A DNA stretch of 44,413 nucleotides, filler included, from a candidate division TA06 bacterium SM23_40 (GTDB lineage Bacteria; LJUI01; SM1-40), in assembly GCA_001303705.1 (NCBI GenBank). It is 4 parts of 4 records of this genome, joined end to end, with 100 filler letters (N's around TTAATTAATTAA, not from the genome) between each part and the next. Parts side by side here need not be neighbours in the genome. Positions count along the whole stretch, not along the records: positions 38,012 to 44,413 come from LJUI01000183.1; 3 more parts are not named here. One strand, written 5' to 3'. Made by a program: the position numbers and the translations under genes. Below are positions 38,071 through 44,413 of this stretch, piece by piece. Below the pieces are notes generated by a model that did not search any database, was not told where the DNA came from, and worked only from the letters and a program-made list of their open reading frames with translations. The number at the start of each line of letters is the position of its first letter. Positions within the stretch are counted from its first letter, which is position 1.

Positions 38071-38832
38071 ATGAGCCAGCACGTGGCGCAGGATGCACGG
38101 CGCCTGTACAGTGATCTCTCCTGGACATGGCCGATCGTCAGCCGGGTTGCTGACTATGCAGAAGAGGCCGAGTTCTTCGCAAGGGCCATCCTCGACCACT
38201 CGAGCAGGGAGACGCGTACGCTGCTCGATCTGGGATGTGGGGGCGGGCACCTCGATCACCACCTCAAGAATCATTTCGCTGTCACTGCAGTGGACATGAG
38301 CGAGTCGATGCTCGGCCTGGCGAAACGCCTCAATCCCGAGATCGAGCATCACCTCGGCGACATGAGGACGATTCGCCTGAATCGCCGCTTTGATGCTGTC
38401 ATGATCCATGACTCGGTCAACTACATGACGACTCGCGGCGATCTCCGTGCCGCATTGGCGACTGGGTTCGAGCACCTGGAACCGGGTGGGATCCTGGTCA
38501 CGTTTGTCGAACAGACGCCGGAGACCTTTGTTCAACACAAGACGAAGTCCTCCACAAGCTCCGATGGAGATATAGAGATCACGTTCATAGAGCACTTTCA
38601 CGATCCCGACCCGGAAGATAGCACGTACGAGAGCGTCTTCGTGTACCTGATCCGCCGCCAGGGAGTGCTCGAGGTCGAGGCAGATCGCCATCTCTGCGGC
38701 ATCTTCCCCCTCCAGACATGGCAAGATCTTCTTCTGGAGGTGGGTTTCGAGGTCGAGAAGAAGGAGTGGGATCACTCCGAGTTCCCCCCTGGGGAAGCCC
38801 TCCCCATGTTCCTCTGCACGAAACCGGCGTAG
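38071..38832 (+). CDS. Class I SAM-dependent methyltransferase
   Basis: LLDLGCGGG, GDMR..RL.RRFDAV, HLEPGG. Confidence 0.9.
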   Translation: MSQHVAQDARRLYSDLSWTWPIVSRVADYAEEAEFFARAILDHSSRETRTLLDLGCGGGHLDHHLKNHFAVTAVDMSESMLGLAKRLNPEIEHHLGDMRTIRLNRRFDAVMIHDSVNYMTTRGDLRAALATGFEHLEPGGILVTFVEQTPETFVQHKTKSSTSSDGDIEITFIEHFHDPDPEDSTYESVFVYLIRRQGVLEVEADRHLCGIFPLQTWQDLLLEVGFEVEKKEWDHSEFPPGEALPMFLCTKPA

Positions 38833-39014
38833 CTAATGCGGTGACGCCCGGAGGCGATTCCAGCTGGATGTAGCCGGGAGGAGACGCTCGGCCGCGGGCC
38901 GGCCGGCTACCTGCTGTGGACCGTTCATGTGGACAGGGAGGCGAGTCGGTCGCTCCGATCTTCCGTTGATTGAGATGATTGAGCTATGACGATAACCATA
39001 TAGTGATCAGGAAC

Positions 39015-40909
39015 ATGAGGAATCCAGTAGAAGTATTGTCTGAAGAGGTTGCCAACCAGATAGCCGCGGGGGAGGTGGTCGAGCGGCCGGCGTCCGTGGT
39101 CAAGGAACTCGTGGAGAACGCGATCGACGGGGGCGCCCGGACAGTAGTGGTCGATGTGAGAATGGGCGGGCTGGGGGCGATCCGCGTATCCGACGACGGC
39201 GTGGGCATGACCCGTCAGGACCTCGAACTGGCGGTGCGCCGCCACGCCACGAGCAAGATCAGGGCGATCGACGACCTGCTCCGTTCCGAGGCGCTGGGGT
39301 TCAGGGGCGAGGCCCTCCCCAGCATCGGAGCCGTATCGCGGCTGCGCATCACGACCCGCGCGGACGAGGAGGAGGCCGGGTGGAGTGAGGTCGTCGTGGG
39401 GGGAAGAACTGAGGACGTGACCGGGGCGGGACGGGCTGTAGGGACGACCGTGGAGGTGCACGATCTGTTCTTCAATACCCCGGCCCGGCTCAAGTTTCAG
39501 AGATCTCCGAGGACGGAGGCCAGGCGGATCGTCGAGGAGGTGACGCGTCAAGCGCTCATCCGTCACGAGGTCGGGTTCCGGCTCACCATCGACGGCAGAG
39601 CGGTTCTCAATGTCTCGCGGGCCGATCGGCTGGAGGATCGGGTGCGCGATCTCCTGGGAAAGAAGGCTTTCGAGGGACTGCTCCCCGTCACATCCGGTGA
39701 CGGCAGGTTCCGGGTTGACGGCTGGGTTTCCGCCGTCGGCTCGCTCGTGCGCTCCCGCCGCAACCAGTATCTGTTCGTAAACCGGCGAAGCATCCAGAGC
39801 CGTCTACTGCTCCACGCGATCTATGCTGCGTATGAGACAAGCCTGCGCGACCGACATCCAGAATTCGTCCTCGTGCTCGAACTGCCGGCGACAGAGATCG
39901 ATGTCAATGTCCATCCCGCCAAGCGCGAGGTACGGTTCCGCGAGGAGCAGGCAGTCCATCGCCTCGTCGAGGCCGCGGTGCGTCAGGCCCTGGGCAGGCC
40001 TACGCCCTCCGCGACGCGGATGTACGAAAGCGTGACGCGGCGCACCGGGTGGCCGCGGCCGCCCCAGGGGCGTCGGCCCGATGGTTCGGCGATCGAGTGG
40101 CTGGAGCTTGCCCGCGGACGGGAGGCTGGAGAAGGTGAGGGCCCGGTCGAGGCGGAGGCAGGAGCAGGCACGGCTGTACCGGATACGCGGCGGGAAGTCC
40201 CCCAGAAGTCTTTCTGGGACGAGGAGGCGTCGCGGCAGGCGGTCGTGCGGGAGGAGGCGCCCCGCGGATTCCGGCCGTCGGCTCCCGAGGCAGGTGCACC
40301 CCCACTCGAGGAACTCGCTCCCCAGATCGCACTGTGGCAACTCCATGATACCTTCATCTTCGCGCAGGTGAGGGACGGGTGTGTGATCATCGATCAGCAC
40401 GCGGCACACGAGCGTATCCTGTATGAAGAGATCCTCGAACAACAGGGAAACGTACCCTCCCAGCAGTTGCTCTTTCCGTTCACGCTCGAGCTCTCGCCCG
40501 TCGAAGCACAGGTGTTGGAGAACTCTCTGCCCGGGCTGTCGCAGATCGGCTTTGTGATCCGGCCGTTCGGTGGCCGGACCTTCGTGGTCGAAGCCGTGCC
40601 GGCGATGTCGCACAGCTCGATCGATGCCGAGAAGGTGAAAGATCTGCTCGCGGAGCTCGGCCAACACGGAAGGGCGGTTATGCACGACCTCGNNNNNNNN
40701 NNNNNNNNNNNNNNNNNNAGGTGGCCGCCATATTCGCGTGCAAGGCGGCAATAAAGGCCGGGCAGCCTCTGAAGCTCGAGGAGATGAACGCGCTCGTCGA
40801 CAAACTCTTCGCCACTCGCTCTCCCTATTGCTGCCCCCACGGACGCCCCACTATGATCAGGCTGACACGCAGTGAACTCGCCCGGCGATTCGAGCGCGGC
40901 GGGGACTGA
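39015..40909 (+). CDS. mutL: DNA mismatch repair endonuclease MutL (spans a 26-N gap at 40693-40718)
   Basis: NQIAAGEVVERPASVVKELVEN, HATSKI, GFRGEAL, DVNVHPAK, DQHAAHERILYE. After the gap: ACKAAIK and CPHGRP. Confidence 0.97.
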
Positions 40910-40915
40910 AGAGCC

Positions 40916-41893
40916 ATGCCCCACACATCTGATAATCTTGCCGTCCCGATCATCGTCGGGCCCACGGCGGTCGGAAAGAGCGAGGTCGCGCTGGAGGTGG
41001 CGGAGCGCCTCGGCGCTGAGATCGTTTCCGCTGACTCGCGCCAGGTCTATCGGTACATGGACATCGGGACGGCGAAACCTTCGATCGAGGATCGCCGACG
41101 GGTGCCCCACCACATGATCGATCTGGTCGATCCTGACGTCGTGTACAACGCAGGGGACTACGGGCGCGGGGCGGCAGCGGCGATCGAACAGGTGCGGGCG
41201 GCCGGCCGCGTGCCACTCGTTGTCGGTGGCTCAGGGCTCTATATCCGGGCGCTGCTCGAGGGCTTCTGCGCCGGACCGCGTGGGGATATAGAGCTGAGAG
41301 AACGGCTGCGACAGGAAGCCAGAACCGGAGGTACACAGAGGCTGCACGAACGGCTGGCCGAGGTGGATGCCGGGGCTGCGGTGAGGATCAACCCCAATGA
41401 CGAGCAGCGGATTATCAGGGCGCTCGAGGTCTATGAGTTGACGGGCCGGAGGCTCTCAGACCTTCAACAGGCAGGCGGTGAGGTTCAGGGCCTGATCGCT
41501 GTCACAGTAGGGCTGCGGCGCGAGCGTTCCGATCTGTATCGGGTCATTGCTGAACGCGTCGAAGCGATGGTCTGCCATGGCCTGGTTGACGAGGTGCGCG
41601 GCCTCCTGGATCGGGGGTACAGGCCTGATCTCAACTCGATGCGAGCTCTGGGCTACCGCGAGATGATACGGCATCTCACAGGCGAGCTGACGCTCGAGGA
41701 AGCGGCCAAGCTCCTCATCAAGAACACCAAAGCCCTTTCACGCCGGCAGATGACCTGGTTTCGGGCAATGTCGGATGTGGAGTGGATCGATATAGAGAGA
41801 GAAGAAGATCTGTCGTCGCGCGCCGACCGGGTTGTCGCCTCCTTCGAATCGCGCGGTTTCCACCCCGCAGGGGGCCCGGACAAATTCGCTTGA
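40916..41893 (+). CDS. miaA: tRNA dimethylallyltransferase
   Basis: GPTAVGKS, SADSRQVY..MDIGTAKP, VGGSGLY, RALEV, RRQMTWF. Confidence 0.97.
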   Translation: MPHTSDNLAVPIIVGPTAVGKSEVALEVAERLGAEIVSADSRQVYRYMDIGTAKPSIEDRRRVPHHMIDLVDPDVVYNAGDYGRGAAAAIEQVRAAGRVPLVVGGSGLYIRALLEGFCAGPRGDIELRERLRQEARTGGTQRLHERLAEVDAGAAVRINPNDEQRIIRALEVYELTGRRLSDLQQAGGEVQGLIAVTVGLRRERSDLYRVIAERVEAMVCHGLVDEVRGLLDRGYRPDLNSMRALGYREMIRHLTGELTLEEAAKLLIKNTKALSRRQMTWFRAMSDVEWIDIEREEDLSSRADRVVASFESRGFHPAGGPDKFA

Positions 41894-41918
41894 CAAACCC
41901 TTCCGGTGCTGGTAGGTT
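41890..41918 (+). promoter_or_regulatory. Sigma70 promoter of tRNA-Gly
   Basis: TTGACA-17 nt-TAGGTT, 12 nt upstream of the tRNA and overlapping the miaA stop. Confidence 0.65.
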
Positions 41919-41930
41919 CATTGCCGATGT

Positions 41931-42005
41931 GCGGGCATAACTCAGTGGTAGAGTATCAGCTTCCCAAGCTGAGAGTCACGGGTTCGAATCCCGTTGCCCG
42001 CTCCA
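41931..42005 (+). tRNA. tRNA-Gly (anticodon CCC)
   Basis: Acceptor GCGGGCA/TGCCCGC, anticodon arm TCAGC-TTCCCAA-GCTGA, T-loop TTCGAAT, discriminator T and encoded CCA. Confidence 0.97.
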
Positions 42006-42142
42006 TATTTTTGAGTGCGGGCCCTCATACGGGAGATGACGATGGTTCGGGGAAGAGCCGCCGCGCAGGCAATGAGCGGCGTTCATCTTTTTGGATCGTG
42101 GCGCCGCATGTGTGCTTTGAAAGAGTGTTGGGGGGAGGGTGA

Positions 42143-43486
42143 GTGGCGATGAAGAGTCCTTCTTCACGGCCGATGGTCGCTATTGTCGGGCGGCCGAATG
42201 TCGGAAAGTCGACGCTCTTCAACCGGGTGATCGGCCGACGTTCAGCGGTCGTCGATGACCGACCGGGCGTCACACGCGACAGGAACTACGCCGAGGCCGA
42301 ATGGGCCGGACATCCGTTCCTGCTCATCGATACCGGCGGGCTTGTGCCCGAGCCGGAGGAGGAACTCATTCTCACAGTGAAACGTCAGGTGGAGTTCGCG
42401 CTCGAGCAGGCAGATGTCATCCTGTTCATGGTCGATGTGCAGACAGCCATGACCCCGGATGATCAGGAGATAGCCTCTATCCTCAGGCGCCTGGAGAAGC
42501 CGGTAGTGCTGGCCGCAAATAAGATCGACGAGGATCGCTCTCTCGACGACCGGCTCGAGTTCTACAAGCTCGGACTCGGGGATCCCATTCCTATCTCAGC
42601 CCTTCACGGCAGGAACATGGGGGATCTCCTCGATGCGGTAGTGGCAGGTCTGCCACCATGGGAAGAGGAAGAAGGGGAGCAAGACGTCATCAGCGTGGCG
42701 ATCGTCGGCAGGCCCAACGTGGGTAAGTCATCGCTGGTGAACGCCCTCGTCGGGGAGGAGCGCTCAGTTGTCGATGCCCTCCCCGGGACGACGCGAGATG
42801 CCATCGATACCGATCTCGTCTCGGGGGATCTCCGCCTGCGGCTCATCGATACGGCAGGACTGAGGCGCCGGTCGAAGGTACAGGAGAGCATCGAATTCTA
42901 CTCTACGATCCGTGCCGTCCGGAGCATCGAGCGGGCTGATCTGGCCGTCCTGTTGCTCGACGCCACGGGCGACATCGCACGCCAGGACAAGAGGATCGGG
43001 GGCATCTCGGAGGAGTATGGGAAGGGACTTATCATAGCGGTCAACAAGTGGGATCTGGTGGAAGCACGTGGCGACGATCTTCCTCATGACTGGAAGGAAT
43101 ACCGCGCGTTCGTCCAGGAGGAGTTCTACTTCGCCCGGTACGCGCCGATCGTCTTCATCTCGGCGCTGACGGGGGAGCGGCTCGATGAGTTGCTCCACTG
43201 GATCGAGCGAGTGGGGAAGGAGATGTACCGAACGGTGAAGACATCCGAGCTCAACCGGATCATCCGGGCGATCGAGGAGAGGCGTCCTCTCAGCTCCGGG
43301 CGGAGGCGGGCGACGAAGATCTACTACGCCGTGCAACAGGCAACCGCTCCTCCCACATTCCGTATCTACTGCAACGATCCCAAGCGCGTGGACGACAATT
43401 ATCGGCGGTTCCTGGCGAAGAACATCCGGGAGGCGTTCGGATTCGTCGGGGTCCCCATTAGATTCCAGATCCGCAAGAGCAAGTGA
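42143..43486 (+). CDS. der: Ribosome biogenesis GTPase Der (EngA)
   Basis: Two GRPNVGKS P-loops, GVTRD and GTTRD, DTGG and DTAG, NKID and NKWD, KH-like C-terminus. Confidence 0.97.
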   Translation: MAMKSPSSRPMVAIVGRPNVGKSTLFNRVIGRRSAVVDDRPGVTRDRNYAEAEWAGHPFLLIDTGGLVPEPEEELILTVKRQVEFALEQADVILFMVDVQTAMTPDDQEIASILRRLEKPVVLAANKIDEDRSLDDRLEFYKLGLGDPIPISALHGRNMGDLLDAVVAGLPPWEEEEGEQDVISVAIVGRPNVGKSSLVNALVGEERSVVDALPGTTRDAIDTDLVSGDLRLRLIDTAGLRRRSKVQESIEFYSTIRAVRSIERADLAVLLLDATGDIARQDKRIGGISEEYGKGLIIAVNKWDLVEARGDDLPHDWKEYRAFVQEEFYFARYAPIVFISALTGERLDELLHWIERVGKEMYRTVKTSELNRIIRAIEERRPLSSGRRRATKIYYAVQQATAPPTFRIYCNDPKRVDDNYRRFLAKNIREAFGFVGVPIRFQIRKSK

Positions 43487-43584
43487 TCGTGGTTGCGCCT
43501 GCTGAGCCCGAGTCTTCGATCCAGGCGTGACGCCCCGGATGGCTCCTGGTCAGATGTGGCTATCTGCAAATCTCAGTCAGGAGG

Positions 43585-44214
43585 GTGATCGAGGTGATGA
43601 TTGCAGTCGGGATCGTGGCGTCTTTCCTCATCGGGTCCATCCCGTTTGGATTCATCGTCGCAAAGCTGTGGGCAGGGGTCGATATCCGGGAGCACGGCAG
43701 CGGCAATATCGGATTCGCTAACGTAGCCCGCGAAGTCGGCTTTCGCCCCGGCCTGGTGGTCCTCGTGCTCGACATCGCCAAAGGGTTCCTCCCTGTGCTC
43801 GCTGCGTATGCGATCTGGGGGAGGGACGTGGCCGTATTCGCGGCCCTCGCAGCCATTGCAGGACATGTGGTGACGCCCTTCCTGAGATGGCGAGGAGGGA
43901 AGGGTGTGGCGACCGCGCTTGGGGCCTTCGCCGCCCTTGATCCGCCTGCGGCGGCGGTTGCACTCGTGGTCTGGATCGCGGCGGCCGCGATCTGGCGATA
44001 CGTGGCGGTCGCATCGATGTCACTCGCCTGGACGCTTTTCGTCGTCATCACGGTTGAGTGGGTGTTCGGGCGAGCACATGTGAACCCACTGATGATGGCC
44101 GCCGCGCTGGTCGTCGCCATCGGCATCGTCATTACTCACCGGACGAATATCAGGCGCCTCGGAGCAGGAATAGAGAACAAGATCAGTCTGAAGAGAGGAG
44201 GTGGGGACGCGTGA
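43585..44214 (+). CDS. plsY: Glycerol-3-phosphate acyltransferase PlsY
   Basis: GSIPFG, DIREHGSGNIG, DIAKG, GH...GGKGVAT, HRTNIRRL..G.E. Confidence 0.95.
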   Translation: MIEVMIAVGIVASFLIGSIPFGFIVAKLWAGVDIREHGSGNIGFANVAREVGFRPGLVVLVLDIAKGFLPVLAAYAIWGRDVAVFAALAAIAGHVVTPFLRWRGGKGVATALGAFAALDPPAAAVALVVWIAAAAIWRYVAVASMSLAWTLFVVITVEWVFGRAHVNPLMMAAALVVAIGIVITHRTNIRRLGAGIENKISLKRGGGDA

Positions 44215-44413
44215 AGACGAGAGTTGCGATCCTGGGGGCGGGGAGCGGGGGGTCCACTCTGGCCATCCTTCTGCACGGGAACGGGTGCCAGGTCCGGGTG
44301 TGGGAGATCGACGAAGAACGCGTTGCCGCCATCGCAACGACGCGTCAGAACACGGGATTCCTGCCGGATGAGGTGTTCATTCCAGAACAGATCGAGATCT
44401 CGACCGATCTCGC
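44211..44413 (+). CDS. gpsA: NAD(P)H-dependent glycerol-3-phosphate dehydrogenase, N-terminus (truncated; not in ORF track)
   Basis: GTG overlapping the plsY stop. MKTRVAILGAGSGGSTLAILL..NG..V.VW...N..FLP. Conserved der-plsY-gpsA order. Confidence 0.88.
   Translation, partial: MKTRVAILGAGSGGSTLAILLHGNGCQVRVWEIDEERVAAIATTRQNTGFLPDEVFIPEQIEISTDL

Noticed and set aside
40693..40754. Apparent frameshift or split of mutL
   Set aside because: Coincides with a 26-N gap of estimated length. The endonuclease motifs continue on the other side.
41931..42142. tRNA-Gly as an integration site
   Set aside because: No integrase or duplicated tRNA 3' end, and der follows directly.
44232..44262. GAGSGG instead of the usual GAGSWG in GpsA
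   Set aside because: A single substitution with GxGxxG intact, in a G-rich stretch. Not enough to infer a changed function.

Overview
The window is not one continuous locus. It holds four unrelated contigs joined by artificial 100-nt linkers (N44-TTAATTAATTAA-N44 at 10064-10163, 24037-24136 and 37912-38011), plus a 26-N scaffold gap inside mutL. Contig 1 (1-10063) is entirely phage-like. It has a minus-strand operon of tail/tail-fibre-like genes, including an HxH tail-collar gene missed by the ORF track. Diverging from it is a plus-strand cluster with a PLA2-like His-Asp protein, a RuvC-like resolvase and small hypotheticals, several apparently broken by +1 shifts at 4-nt homopolymers. A promoter-led block of small genes follows, with a 28-bp palindromic direct repeat flanking one gene and a truncated RHH regulator. 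Contig 2 (10164-24036) is GC-rich bacterial chromosome: thiC, hutU, hutI, an SgmX-like TPR protein plus ExeA-family ATPase, PHP, apgM, purH, a HEAT protein and partial guaA. Contig 3 (24137-37911) carries a sugar-binding lipoprotein, fused otsA/otsB, a DRG-like GTPase, acyl-CoA dehydrogenase, FabL-like SDR, proline dehydrogenase, O-methyltransferase, a form IV RuBisCO-like protein, TrmH, a RhaD-like aldolase and a secreted beta-propeller protein. Contig 4 (38012-44413) has a methyltransferase, mutL, miaA, tRNA-Gly(CCC), der, plsY and partial gpsA. I cannot demonstrate a new system from sequence alone. The best leads are the phage repeat-flanked gene cassette, the recurrent +1 frameshifts, the SgmX/ExeA pair and the orphan RuBisCO-like protein. 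All functional calls come from motif recognition; no database searches were run.
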